A stretch of DNA of 52,854 nucleotides from positions 1 through 52,854 of IMG/VR virus record IMGVR_UViG_3300030333_002333; one strand, written 5' to 3'. Under the pieces are notes generated by a model. The model was not told the DNA's origin. It made no database searches and saw nothing but the letters and a program-made list of their open reading frames with translations. Source of the stretch: a virus (lineage: Duplodnaviria > Caudoviricetes). Of this stretch, positions 36,079 to 45,728 are shown piece by piece (position 1 is the first letter of the stretch; each line of letters begins with the position of its first letter). Position numbers and translations under genes: made by a program.

Positions 36079-36969
36079 ATGGCTATAAATCCAAATCAAG
36101 TACTATCTAGGATGGGTACATATGGTGGTCCTACTAATATTTTTGACCAACTTAAAAGAACAGATGAGGATGGGAATACCGTTAATATATTATCTGAAAA
36201 AATAAGAGATAGATGGTATACACCTGACCAAATTGATGAAGAAGGTAATGTTACTAAAGCAGGTCATTGGGGTAAATATGAAGGTGCAGATTTCTTAAAA
36301 GGTCAGGACTGGGCTACTGCATTGGGTAATCCTTTTAAGAAAAGTGCGAATAGGATTCAATCATATCTTAAAGAAAAGCGGTATGATAGAAAAGTAGGCA
36401 ATATAGATAATCCTGTTATACAGGAAGCTGTAAATGTCGCTCAGGAATCTGATACTGGTGATTATACTAATCCTACTCCTGCAAAGGTAACTCAACCTGA
36501 TTGGGCTGAGAAGGATGTAGAATTTATGAGGACATTTCATGATGCTTATGGAATGGCAGATGACAAGGGTGGTTTTCAAGGAATGCTAGAGAGTAAAGGT
36601 GGAAATCTAAAGAATTTAGGTGCTCTAATGAGTACAATGAAAAACATGGGCTATAATGTAGGTGATGTTTCATCAGATATAGCAAAACATGGATGGGGAG
36701 CATATGGTGATAAAAGTCATGGTGCTTATCAAGATATTATAAGTAAATTAGGTCCTAGACCAGAAGCTTCTCAACCAGAAGCTGGTGGACTAAAAGGTTG
36801 GTGGAATAGAGTAACTGATACATCAGATATGCCAAAAAATCCAGATGGTAGCCCAAAGGTAATGATGGGTTACCCACCTTTGGCTTCAACATCTCCAATA
36901 ACTTCACTTAGTTTCTTACCAGAAGTGAAGAAGGGAGCAAAAAGTTTATGGGATTGGGCAACTAAGTAA
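36079..36969 (+). CDS. Hypothetical virion-module protein (start revised to MAINPNQ)
   Basis: ATG at 36079 avoids overlap with the previous gene; TAATG-coupled downstream. Confidence 0.65.
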   Translation: MAINPNQVLSRMGTYGGPTNIFDQLKRTDEDGNTVNILSEKIRDRWYTPDQIDEEGNVTKAGHWGKYEGADFLKGQDWATALGNPFKKSANRIQSYLKEKRYDRKVGNIDNPVIQEAVNVAQESDTGDYTNPTPAKVTQPDWAEKDVEFMRTFHDAYGMADDKGGFQGMLESKGGNLKNLGALMSTMKNMGYNVGDVSSDIAKHGWGAYGDKSHGAYQDIISKLGPRPEASQPEAGGLKGWWNRVTDTSDMPKNPDGSPKVMMGYPPLASTSPITSLSFLPEVKKGAKSLWDWATK

Positions 36970-38063
36970 TGAGCTTTACAGCAAAAATAGGCAGAATAAC
37001 TGGTAATCCAACAGCAGATGATGCAACTACTATAGCAGAATCACTAGTTAATGCACAGCATGAGATTATAGCAAGGATAGCTCAATTAAATCCTGAAATG
37101 CTTGAATCAATGTCAAGTGTAGAAGAGGTTGCTAATAACACATATCAAAGTGCAGTAGATATAAATACAATAATTTTAAATGTAACAAGGCATGATAGTA
37201 CAAATAATCTTACTAGGTCTTGTTCACCTACAGAAAGAAAGTTTGAGCATCAAGTAACAGATACAGGGAGTATCTATTATGCACCTAAAACATCTCCTGT
37301 ATACTTGATAAAGGAAGGTAAAGTAACAATTTATCCAGAGCCTACTGGTACAGAGAAAGCAAATATCACTAAAGTAGAACCGGGTGCAGTAAATGATGGT
37401 GCAGAAACAGTTGCTAATATGCCATCTAGTATTATTCCTTTGTTACTTCATATTGCAGCAAGGGATGTTTTGATACAAAGACTTGGTAAGTTATCAACTA
37501 CATTACCAACAGATTTAGATGATACTACAGTATTTGATGCATTGGCAGATTTTGATGACTCATTAGGTATAACAACTGCATTACCAAGTATACATGCAGA
37601 TTATCAAGATGCAGTAGATAAAGCACAAGCATTAATAGATGATGTATCAGGTATAGGAGGAGATGTTAATACAGATGGTAGTGGAACAGATATCTATTCA
37701 GCACAGAAATGGTTAATAGATGAGGACCCTGAAATGTTAAGTGGTACTATTGCTACTGCAAGTCAAGAACTACAGAGGGCATCAGCAGTTCTTTCAGGTT
37801 ATCAAGCAGAATTAAGTAAATATCAAGCAGAAGTTTCAAAAGAAAGTGCAGAGGCAGGACAAGCACTTCAAGAATATCAAGCTAATCTAGGAAAAAAGAT
37901 TCAACTTTTTACCACATTAATTGGTAAGTTAAACACTGATTATCAATGGTTACAGAACCAATTAGGAATAGTCCAATCAAAGATAAATGAACTATGGGCT
38001 TTAATTGGAATACCAAGACAGGACTCTGTAGCTAAAGAACTTGGTGGAGGAGTGGCTAAGTGA
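36969..38063 (+). CDS. Head-tail adaptor / tail-tube-like protein with coiled-coil extension
   Basis: PVYLI...VTIYPEP...MP..IIPLLLHIAA adaptor-like pattern; position after capsid. Confidence 0.55.
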   Translation: MSFTAKIGRITGNPTADDATTIAESLVNAQHEIIARIAQLNPEMLESMSSVEEVANNTYQSAVDINTIILNVTRHDSTNNLTRSCSPTERKFEHQVTDTGSIYYAPKTSPVYLIKEGKVTIYPEPTGTEKANITKVEPGAVNDGAETVANMPSSIIPLLLHIAARDVLIQRLGKLSTTLPTDLDDTTVFDALADFDDSLGITTALPSIHADYQDAVDKAQALIDDVSGIGGDVNTDGSGTDIYSAQKWLIDEDPEMLSGTIATASQELQRASAVLSGYQAELSKYQAEVSKESAEAGQALQEYQANLGKKIQLFTTLIGKLNTDYQWLQNQLGIVQSKINELWALIGIPRQDSVAKELGGGVAK

Positions 38064-38338
38064 AACTAAAAGAAATAGTAGAATTAGTACAACAACATCA
38101 TCCTAACTTAGGTGCACAGGAAGTTGTTAAGATGGTTAATAGAGCACAGGATGAATACTGCTCAAGAACTAGATTATTAGAAGATGCTGTTCAGTTTACT
38201 CTTGTAAAAGACCAAAGAGGTTATAGTTTAAGTGTATCAGGAAATGATGACCAGATTATGGAAATAAAGAATGTAGACCTTGATGGTAAGTCAATAAAAA
38301 GATTTTTAGGTAGACCACATAAAAGGGATTTAACATAA
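38060..38338 (+). CDS. Adaptor (P22 gp4-like) protein, N-terminal half
   Basis: MKLKEIVELV...VNRAQDEY...TL..DQRGYSL...I..V pattern. Confidence 0.5.
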   Translation: MKLKEIVELVQQHHPNLGAQEVVKMVNRAQDEYCSRTRLLEDAVQFTLVKDQRGYSLSVSGNDDQIMEIKNVDLDGKSIKRFLGRPHKRDLT

Positions 38339-38736
38339 TGTCAACAACTATAAAACAATGGGTATGGTGGACTGAGCGTGGTGCTATCTGGATTGGTTAT
38401 TACGATGAAACTAAAACAGATGAAGAGCAATTTACTTCCCCAGATGATACTGTTGCTGGAAAAAATATTACTGTTTTCTATTATAAGAAATCAGACCATT
38501 TTGACCTACCATCTGCGAGTGATGCTTGGGAAGCTCAAACTCCTGAGATACCAGAGCAATTCCACGATGCATTAGTTAATAAAGCAATAGCCATTGGGTA
38601 TGAAAAAAGCCCAGAAGGTATACAAATGGCACAATATTTTAATGGAAAATTTGAAGACGATATTAAGAATGGGAGGAAATATGCTTATAGAGCAAGAACG
38701 GGAACATTTAAACTAATAGGACAAACTGATTTCTAA
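38338..38736 (+). CDS. Adaptor (P22 gp4-like) protein, C-terminal half
   Basis: ITVFYYK...PEIPEQFHDALVNKA pattern. Confidence 0.5.
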   Translation: MSTTIKQWVWWTERGAIWIGYYDETKTDEEQFTSPDDTVAGKNITVFYYKKSDHFDLPSASDAWEAQTPEIPEQFHDALVNKAIAIGYEKSPEGIQMAQYFNGKFEDDIKNGRKYAYRARTGTFKLIGQTDF

Positions 38737-38942
38737 TGATTAATTACTTTGACTTTAATAGTAGCTTTGACTTGTTGAATTTGGCTTTTGATAAGGTTAG
38801 GGATGATGCTTTTTTTAATCAAGGTCTATTTAATACAATAGCAGGTGTAGCCTCTACAACATTTACTTCTGTTGGAACTCCGGTTAGTACAACCTATAGT
38901 TCTGTTTCCTCACCAATATCAACTACATGGAGTGATGCATAA
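38736..38942 (+). CDS. Small Ser/Thr-rich virion protein
   Basis: TAATG-coupled on both sides; STT(F/Y/W)S repeats. Confidence 0.55.
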   Translation: MINYFDFNSSFDLLNLAFDKVRDDAFFNQGLFNTIAGVASTTFTSVGTPVSTTYSSVSSPISTTWSDA

Positions 38943-39295
38943 TGGCTGGAAGTTTAAGTCATCCAAATAAAATAAAGGATGTATATAAGAATTTAATTTT
39001 CTACAAAGATTCTGATGGTAAATATTATAGAGATAATGGAACTTCAGATGTAGAGCTAGTAATAGGTGGTGGACACACTGGGATAAATAATGATTTATCT
39101 TGGTTAAAGTTTACTACAACAAGCACAGTTTCTAGTGGAAACTTATTTGAAGTTATAAATAATAGTGCCTCTATGTTTTCACTGAATAGTGATGGCACAA
39201 TTAGAGTAAAGGGGCAATCATCAGCACCCGGTTCTGTAAGTGCAGGTCAGATATATTATAACTCAAGTGATAACGCATTATATTTAGGAACTTAA
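38942..39295 (+). CDS. Small tail/fibre-associated protein
   Basis: C-terminal APGSVSAGQIYYNSSDNALYLG fibre-type motif. Confidence 0.6.
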   Translation: MAGSLSHPNKIKDVYKNLIFYKDSDGKYYRDNGTSDVELVIGGGHTGINNDLSWLKFTTTSTVSSGNLFEVINNSASMFSLNSDGTIRVKGQSSAPGSVSAGQIYYNSSDNALYLGT

Positions 39296-39297
39296 TT

Positions 39298-39507
39298 ATG
39301 GGAATTGTAAGTTTAAGTGAGCAGGCTATAGCCAAAAATAAGGCAAAAGAACAAAACGAAGATAGTCAGCTTACTATAAAGGAGGTAGGGTACCTACTAC
39401 AATTAGTAGAGTCCTCGAAACACGATGGACAAGCATTAGAACTTGCATTGATTTGCAAAATGAAATTGCAGGGAAAGCTTGACATATTAACAAAACATAG
39501 GGAGTAA
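39298..39507 (+). CDS. Small helical protein, putative fibre chaperone (copy 1)
   Basis: LTIKEVGYLLQLVE...G...KL; precedes a MATWKRILT fibre. Confidence 0.55.
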   Translation: MGIVSLSEQAIAKNKAKEQNEDSQLTIKEVGYLLQLVESSKHDGQALELALICKMKLQGKLDILTKHRE

Positions 39508-39510
39508 ACT

Positions 39511-40713
39511 ATGGCAACATGGAAACGAATCCTTACTGCTGCTGATATTGGCTCAACTGTCAATGGGCAGATTGGTACGGATACCGATATAGATTGTGCT
39601 GCCGATGAACATATCGACCAGATAACACTCACCGATGGTGTTATTACGGCTATCTCAAAGCAAACTATGAGTCTAGCAGACCTTGGTTTTACAGGGGATT
39701 CTAATGCAAACTATATTACTAACAATAACGAGCTTACTAATGGAGCTGGTTATACTACAAATGCAGGTGATATAACAGGAGTAACAGCAGGTAAAGGTTT
39801 ATCAGGAGGTGGTTCAAGTGGTGGCGTTTCATTAGCATTTGATGGTTCTGAGCTTGATGACATGACAGCAGATGTTAATGGATTACAAGATGAGTTGTTA
39901 CTTTTAGATAATGGAAACTCTGGACAGAGAAAACTAGTATCTGAAATATCACTAAGTCAGTTTGATAATGATGCAGGCTGGACAGCTAACTCAGGTGACA
40001 TAACTGGTGTTACTGCAGGAACTGGTTTATCTGGTGGTGGTAGCTCAGGTTCAGTCACATTGAATGTTGATACCGGTGCAGTATCAGATGGTGCTACAAC
40101 AATACCAACTGGTGACCATGTCTATGACTGGGTTACAGCTCAAGGTTATGGTACAGGTGATGGAGATATTACTGCAGTAACAATTACAACAGATTCTGGT
40201 GCAGGTAGTAAAGCATCTGATGATAGTGGAAGTGCTGACTTCTCAATAGTAGGTAGTTCAGGATGTGATGTAACTAACCTTGGAAATACTATAACGGTTT
40301 CAGCCGATAGTACGGTTGTAAAGACATCAGGTGCTCAAACTATTGCTGGTAATAAGACATTCTCAGGCGATACTACAGTAGCTAATCTAACAGTAACAGG
40401 AACTACGACTACTGTTAACACTGAAACTGTCACAATCAATGATAACATTATGGTATTGAATAACAACGCTACAGGTACCCCATCAGAAGATGCTGGTATC
40501 GAGATAGAAAGAGGTGATTCAACAAATGTTACATTAATGTGGGATGAAAGTGAAGATTACTGGGTAAATAAAGGTCCTTCAGTAACTGCAAGGATAATGG
40601 AAATGGTAGTACATGGTAGTAGTGCACCGGGTTCAAGTGATAATGCTAATGGAGCAGGTTCTTTTTGGGTAAATTCAGGAAGTAACTACGACCTTTACAT
40701 AAGAACAGCTTAA
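39511..40713 (+). CDS. Tail fibre protein
   Basis: GDITGVTAGxGLSGGGSSG repeats; QTIAGNKTFS, LTVTGTTTTVNT...DNIMVLN, AGIEIERG motifs. Confidence 0.8.
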   Translation: MATWKRILTAADIGSTVNGQIGTDTDIDCAADEHIDQITLTDGVITAISKQTMSLADLGFTGDSNANYITNNNELTNGAGYTTNAGDITGVTAGKGLSGGGSSGGVSLAFDGSELDDMTADVNGLQDELLLLDNGNSGQRKLVSEISLSQFDNDAGWTANSGDITGVTAGTGLSGGGSSGSVTLNVDTGAVSDGATTIPTGDHVYDWVTAQGYGTGDGDITAVTITTDSGAGSKASDDSGSADFSIVGSSGCDVTNLGNTITVSADSTVVKTSGAQTIAGNKTFSGDTTVANLTVTGTTTTVNTETVTINDNIMVLNNNATGTPSEDAGIEIERGDSTNVTLMWDESEDYWVNKGPSVTARIMEMVVHGSSAPGSSDNANGAGSFWVNSGSNYDLYIRTA

Positions 40714-40736
40714 TCCTAGGATTAAAAGGAGGATTT

Positions 40737-40913
40737 ATGAGTAATCGTAAAAAGCGATTGGAGACAACAGAATGGATGTTTTTAATAAAAGCTTTAGAAA
40801 TGCTAACTATATCTGGTAAGGATGTAAGGAAATTTGTTGAAATACTAGATAAAGTTGAACATCAGACTGAGTTATCCATGGCTAGGGACAATAAACTTGC
40901 AGAAGAGAAGTAA
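40737..40913 (+). CDS. Small helical protein, putative fibre chaperone (copy 2; 58 aa, not in ORF track)
   Basis: AAGGAGG SD; [23 protein letters not shown]...LDKV; TAATG-coupled to the collagen gene. Confidence 0.65.
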   Translation: MSNRKKRLETTEWMFLIKALEMLTISGKDVRKFVEILDKVEHQTELSMARDNKLAEEK

Positions 40914-41779
40914 TGGCTACTTGGAAAAGAATACTTACAACAGATGACACTTCTAGTGGACCACCCGGACCACCCGGACCTACTGGCTCACAAGGACCAA
41001 CAGGTCCTACAGGAGCAACTGGAGGAACCGGTCCAACAGGACCAGCAGGTGAAGATGGAGATGATGGTGGACCGGGACCAACAGGACCAACAGGAAGCAC
41101 TGGGGCACAAGGACCAGCAGGACCAACTGGGTCAACAGGTTCACCGGGACCACCGGGTCCACCGGGACCAGCTGGACCCACAGGACCAAGTGGTAGTAAT
41201 GGCTCTAATGGTTCTGATGGTAGTGATGGTGATGATGGTGCTACATGGCATTTCTCAACTAGTGTAGGTGCACCTCCAAGTGGAACTGGTAAGAACGGAG
41301 ACTTTGCATACCACTCAAGTACTGAAAAGATTTACTATAAAGAGAGTGGCAGTTGGTCTGAGAAATCAGATTTAACTGGTGCACCCGGTCCTCCGGGACC
41401 TACTGGTTCAACCGGAGGTACTGGACCTACTGGTGGAACAGGACCCACTGGACCTGATGGTCCTCCCGGTCCTCCCGGACCAACGGGTTCTCAAGGTCCT
41501 ACGGGACCTGCTGGTGCTGATGGTGATGACGGGTCTGATGGAAGTAATGGACCTCCGGGACCTCCCGGACCTCCGGGTCCGACAGGTAGTAGTGGACCAT
41601 CTGGACCTTCTGGACCTGCAGGACCAGCCGGACCTGCTGGACCAACCGGACCATCTGGTACAGGTTTATCAAATTCTACAAATGACATCATAGGAAGTGG
41701 TGAATTTAAAATTCATGTAGATACTGATGCTCCTACTGCTAGTGATGGTTCTGATGGCGATATCTGGTTTCAATATTAA
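40913..41779 (+). CDS. Collagen-like fibre protein
   Basis: Two runs of ~32 Gly-X-Y triplets separated by a small globular linker; starts MATWKRILT; ends [10 protein letters not shown]. Confidence 0.9.
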   Translation: MATWKRILTTDDTSSGPPGPPGPTGSQGPTGPTGATGGTGPTGPAGEDGDDGGPGPTGPTGSTGAQGPAGPTGSTGSPGPPGPPGPAGPTGPSGSNGSNGSDGSDGDDGATWHFSTSVGAPPSGTGKNGDFAYHSSTEKIYYKESGSWSEKSDLTGAPGPPGPTGSTGGTGPTGGTGPTGPDGPPGPPGPTGSQGPTGPAGADGDDGSDGSNGPPGPPGPPGPTGSSGPSGPSGPAGPAGPAGPTGPSGTGLSNSTNDIIGSGEFKIHVDTDAPTASDGSDGDIWFQY

Positions 41780-42726
41780 TGGCTGATATATACGGAAGTA
41801 CACGAATAAAAAAGGCTGGTGCTTGGTCTAAGTTCATGAATAGTGGTTCTAATGTATATATTAGGAATGACGGTGAAGATGAATGGGGAACTGGCTCTGG
41901 TGAGCAAGGACATGCTCTTGTTTATGTAAAAACTGGTAATAACTGGATAAGAGTTTATCCTAATAAAATAGCAGGTCCTGACCATGCAAACCTATTGTGG
42001 AGCTATGACTTTATGCAAAACAATAAGATTGATGGCAATTTTCAAACATATGAAGGTAGTTTTAAGTATGGTAGTCCTGTTGATATAATAAAGTCAGAAG
42101 GACCTTCAAATAGTGGCTCTGGTGCAAAGGCTGGTCCAACTTGGACTAGAGACCCAGATAAGTGGATATATGGATGGTATGATTTTGATGGCACTAATGA
42201 TTATATATCTATTACCAATAATTCTGGAAATAAATTTACATATGACCCAAATAGTGGATTATCAGTTTCTGCATGGGTTATGTCAGATAGTAACCATAAT
42301 GGAATAATAGTATCAGGTGATGACCCTGCTGGAAGAGCTAGGGTATTTCAGTTAAAGAAAAAAAGTACTGGTAAATGGTTAGCGATTTGTTTTAAAAATA
42401 ATACTGCGAATACAATACCAGCAACATATGATGGAAGTAACAGTGTCTGGACTCATCTTTGTTTTACTGCTGTTAAAGTTGGTACTACCTCTACTGTTAA
42501 GCTATACATAAATGGTTCATTAGTAGATACTGAAACCTATTCAGGAACAATGACTGGTTCTGGTGGAAAATCACCCGGTACCGTTCTTGGTATGCAAGAG
42601 ACTGGTGATAACGATAACCCTTTTAATGGCAAAATAGCAACAGTAAGATGTTGGGATACTGACCTCTCTGCTTCTGAAGTACAAGAAGACTATAGCCACT
42701 TTGCTACGCACCGTTTTGGACACTAA
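41779..42726 (+). CDS. LamG/concanavalin-A-like domain protein (putative receptor-binding)
   Basis: YDFDGTNDYI, SVSAWV, WTHLCFT, KLYINGSL, FNGKIATVRCWD..LSASEV. Confidence 0.85.
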   Translation: MADIYGSTRIKKAGAWSKFMNSGSNVYIRNDGEDEWGTGSGEQGHALVYVKTGNNWIRVYPNKIAGPDHANLLWSYDFMQNNKIDGNFQTYEGSFKYGSPVDIIKSEGPSNSGSGAKAGPTWTRDPDKWIYGWYDFDGTNDYISITNNSGNKFTYDPNSGLSVSAWVMSDSNHNGIIVSGDDPAGRARVFQLKKKSTGKWLAICFKNNTANTIPATYDGSNSVWTHLCFTAVKVGTTSTVKLYINGSLVDTETYSGTMTGSGGKSPGTVLGMQETGDNDNPFNGKIATVRCWDTDLSASEVQEDYSHFATHRFGH

Positions 42727-42973
42727 ATTAAATAGGAAGTGGCTTGTTATAACAAAAGCCCAATACGATGCTATGGACATAGACTATTCTTTAATAAAAG
42801 AAGAAGATGCTAATCATATTAGATGGAGTAATGATGAAACAAAGTGCATATTAGCATACCATGGTAGTAAGCCTGACTTTTTATCAAGCATTACTGGAGT
42901 TATGGACCATGAAGAGATTTTAAGTTTATTATCTACATCAGAATGGATATCACCAAATGATGACGAGATTTAA
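42701..42973 (+). CDS. Hypothetical fibre-associated protein
   Basis: 90 aa; IRWSNDETKCIL...PDFL...HEEIL..L...EW; start uncertain. Confidence 0.6.
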   Translation: MLRTVLDTKLNRKWLVITKAQYDAMDIDYSLIKEEDANHIRWSNDETKCILAYHGSKPDFLSSITGVMDHEEILSLLSTSEWISPNDDEI

Positions 42974-42982
42974 GGAGGATAT

Positions 42983-43561
42983 ATGTTACACTACGCAAAG
43001 CCAACTAGGAAATCAGTACTAGAGAATTGGTGGTTTATAAATGAATTTCTATCTGATGAAGAGATAGAAAGAATCGAACTCAATGTAAAGGGTTTAGACT
43101 ATAAAGATGCTACTATAGTAGCTAATAGTAATGTAAATGAAGAGTATAGAAAAAGTAGTATAAAATGGATTGACTTTAACTATGAATGGATATACGACAA
43201 ATTATGGCACTGGGTTAATATAGCCAATGATGATATCTGGGGATTTGATATTGAAGGGTTTAAGGATGAATGCCAATACACTCATTATAAAGCACCAGAT
43301 GGTCATTATGACTGGCATACTGATATAGGTGGTGATGGTATAAATCATAGAAAGATTAGTGCGATAGTACAGTTAAGTGATAATAATGAATTTAAAGGTG
43401 GTAACCTTGAATTTCTAAATGGCAAAGACCCTATACAAATAGAGATGTGGAAGGGTCGATGTGTTCTATTTCCTTCTTTCTATTTACATAGAATTACTCC
43501 TATATTAGAGGGGGAGAGAAAGTCCTTAGTTCAATGGATTTCTGGAGCTCCATTCAAGTGA
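42983..43561 (+). CDS. 2OG-Fe(II) oxygenase (prolyl-4-hydroxylase/PKHD-like)
   Basis: YDWHTD (HxD), RKISAIVQLS, GGNLEF, FPSFYLHRITPI..GERKSLVQW; AAGGAGG SD. Confidence 0.9.
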   Translation: MLHYAKPTRKSVLENWWFINEFLSDEEIERIELNVKGLDYKDATIVANSNVNEEYRKSSIKWIDFNYEWIYDKLWHWVNIANDDIWGFDIEGFKDECQYTHYKAPDGHYDWHTDIGGDGINHRKISAIVQLSDNNEFKGGNLEFLNGKDPIQIEMWKGRCVLFPSFYLHRITPILEGERKSLVQWISGAPFK

Positions 43562-43567
43562 GGTATC

Positions 43568-43870
43568 ATGAGTGAAGCAAGTAAACCTAAGACAGCAAGG
43601 TCATATCGTGGGACAGTCGTGGATGATAATGCCGTTATTAGTATTAACATTAAGTGGCTTGGTCAAATGCTTATACTTGTCGCTGGACTTGTTTATTCGT
43701 ACTATCAGGTTATCCATAGGATTGGAGAGCTTGAGCGTAGAGTCAATGATGCTGATAAATCAATTACAGAGCTTGTAGAGAAACATATAGCAGAGGAAAA
43801 TGAAAAATTTGCTGAGATGGAGGCAGACCTAAAATGGTATCAAAAGGCATTAGGAAAGAAGAAAAAGTAG
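43568..43870 (+). CDS. Single-TM coiled-coil protein (lysis-related?)
   Basis: WLGQMLILVAGLVYSYY TM followed by coiled-coil. Confidence 0.55.
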   Translation: MSEASKPKTARSYRGTVVDDNAVISINIKWLGQMLILVAGLVYSYYQVIHRIGELERRVNDADKSITELVEKHIAEENEKFAEMEADLKWYQKALGKKKK

Positions 43871-43879
43871 AGGTAATAA

Positions 43880-44197
43880 ATGGATTTTTTGGCTATATAT
43901 GGCGAAGCAGGAATGATTGGAGTTGTTGGAGCAATGTTTGTATATTTAGTAGTATCTTTAAGTAACAAATCAGCGAAGCAACAAGAAACTCTTGAACAAC
44001 TGAAGATAGAAAACGCTGGTCAAAGTGAAACTTTAGAGAATATGGAGGGGATGATAATTAAATTAATCAACAGATGGAACAAGTCAGATGACAAACTAGA
44101 TAGAAAGTTTGATGGCATGACCAAAGAGATTAATGACTTAGATAATCAAGTATCTGAAATAAAGGGTAGCTTAAGCAGGATAAATGGTAAACACTAA
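43880..44197 (+). CDS. Holin-like membrane protein
   Basis: N-terminal TM (GMIGVVGAMFVYLVVSL) plus coiled-coil. Confidence 0.55.
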   Translation: MDFLAIYGEAGMIGVVGAMFVYLVVSLSNKSAKQQETLEQLKIENAGQSETLENMEGMIIKLINRWNKSDDKLDRKFDGMTKEINDLDNQVSEIKGSLSRINGKH

Positions 44198-44343
44198 TGG
44201 ATAGTTTAAAAGTTTCAACTTCAAGTTTTGCAAGTATGGGAGCCTTGATGTGGGATGCAATCCCGTGGGCTCTGATGGTAATAATAGGTGTACTGCAGAT
44301 AGTATATCTTACACATAAAATAAAGAAAATAAAGGAGTCTTAA
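44197..44343 (+). CDS. 48-aa membrane protein, holin-like (not in ORF track)
   Basis: TAATG start; IPWALMVIIGVLQIVYL TM with basic C-terminus. Confidence 0.6.
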   Translation: MDSLKVSTSSFASMGALMWDAIPWALMVIIGVLQIVYLTHKIKKIKES

Positions 44344-44577
44344 ATGGCTATAGACATAAAGTCAATGCTTATAAAGTTAGCTGAAGAACAAGCAGAAAAA
44401 ATGCAAGATGAGGCTGTAAAGCACTTAGCTTCAGATGAAATGTCTGAAAAGATTGCAACTGCTATAAACAAAAGAATTGACATACCTTTCGTATCAGAGG
44501 ATAAAGAACAGTTATTCTTTGAAAAAGTAGTAGATGTTGTTACGGATATATTAGAAGGTGTATTTAAAGGTAAATAA
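44344..44577 (+). CDS. Hypothetical protein
   Basis: AAGGAG SD; INKRIDIPFVSEDKEQ motif. Confidence 0.65.
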   Translation: MAIDIKSMLIKLAEEQAEKMQDEAVKHLASDEMSEKIATAINKRIDIPFVSEDKEQLFFEKVVDVVTDILEGVFKGK

Positions 44578-44628
44578 TTTTAGTGGGGCGAGCAGTAGTT
44601 TGACTTTCTCCTCCTTGGTCTTAATATC

Positions 44629-44970
44629 GTGAGCTCCACTAAAATATACAAGAATAGTTGGGGAATCCCTGTTAGGGATAATAAAGCTAGGAAGATGAAC
44701 ATGAAGAAAAGGATTGATGGCTTTAATATTCAAGGTACTAAAAGGACTGATAAATGCCCAGAAGAATGCTATTACTGTGGCTCTAAAGATATAATAGGTA
44801 TAGAAATAATTGGAACTATACAAGAGCCATTAATTTGGGAGTGTACTCATTGCAATGAACATATGTTAAGGTTCACTAGAGCAAAGACCGAAAGACTCCT
44901 AAATGCAGCACCACAAATAGAAATTACTGAAGAGGATTGGGAAAAAGCATGGCAAGAAGGACCAAATTAA
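44629..44970 (+). CDS. Zinc-ribbon protein
   Basis: CYYCGS...WECTHC. Confidence 0.65.
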   Translation: MSSTKIYKNSWGIPVRDNKARKMNMKKRIDGFNIQGTKRTDKCPEECYYCGSKDIIGIEIIGTIQEPLIWECTHCNEHMLRFTRAKTERLLNAAPQIEITEEDWEKAWQEGPN

Positions 44971-45728
44971 AGCGTGTTATTGTTACGCCAGATAAACATT
45001 TTCCACTGCATGATGTTGCAGCTATCAATGTTGTCTGTAAAGCAATTGAAAAGGTTAAACCAGATATTTATGTGGACCTCGGAGATACAGGAGAATGGGA
45101 GTCAGTAAGTCACTGGCAATGGAAGAAGAAGAAAAGACCACCATTAGAATATCAACTTCCTTATGTTGTTAAGGAGATAGAAGAAGTAAATAAGGGGATG
45201 GATTTAATAGATGCGTCACTTGATAAAGCAGGTTGTAAAGAACGCCATATCACTGAAGGAAACCATGATGATTGGCTTAATAGATTTGTGGATGAGAATC
45301 CCTATCTTGAGGGCTATTTATTTAAGGATGCAGTTCGCCTTAAACAGCGTGGTTATACATACCATCCTGCTGGACAGCTTTTTAAAATCGGTCATCTTTA
45401 TTTTTACCACGGTCACCACTTTGCTGGTATTAATCACACTAGAAATCATCTTCTTCGCCTCGGCTGTAATGTCATGTATGGGCACCACCATGACATACAA
45501 CAAAGTACAGTCACTCATATGGATGGACCCAAGTCTGCATGGAGTATTGGATGCCTCAAAGATATGGGAGCTAGTGCAAATGTATGGCTCAATAACAGAC
45601 AACACAATTGGCAACACGCTTTTGCAATCGTGAACTTCTATGATAAAGGTGAATTTAATGTGGAACTTTGTGCGATTATCAATGGTAAAACAGTTGTTGA
45701 TGGGGAGTTAATAGACGGCAATGCCTAA
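44937..45728 (+). CDS. Calcineurin-like metallophosphoesterase
   Basis: PDKHFP, DLGD, EGNHD, HGH, GHHH motifs. Confidence 0.88.
   Translation: MGKSMARRTKLKRVIVTPDKHFPLHDVAAINVVCKAIEKVKPDIYVDLGDTGEWESVSHWQWKKKKRPPLEYQLPYVVKEIEEVNKGMDLIDASLDKAGCKERHITEGNHDDWLNRFVDENPYLEGYLFKDAVRLKQRGYTYHPAGQLFKIGHLYFYHGHHFAGINHTRNHLLRLGCNVMYGHHHDIQQSTVTHMDGPKSAWSIGCLKDMGASANVWLNNRQHNWQHAFAIVNFYDKGEFNVELCAIINGKTVVDGELIDGNA

Noticed and set aside
40882-41693. Alternate-frame and antisense ORFs plus short DNA repeats in the collagen gene; possible CRISPR or tandem array
   Set aside because: By-products of Gly-X-Y codon periodicity; no constant repeat with unique spacers
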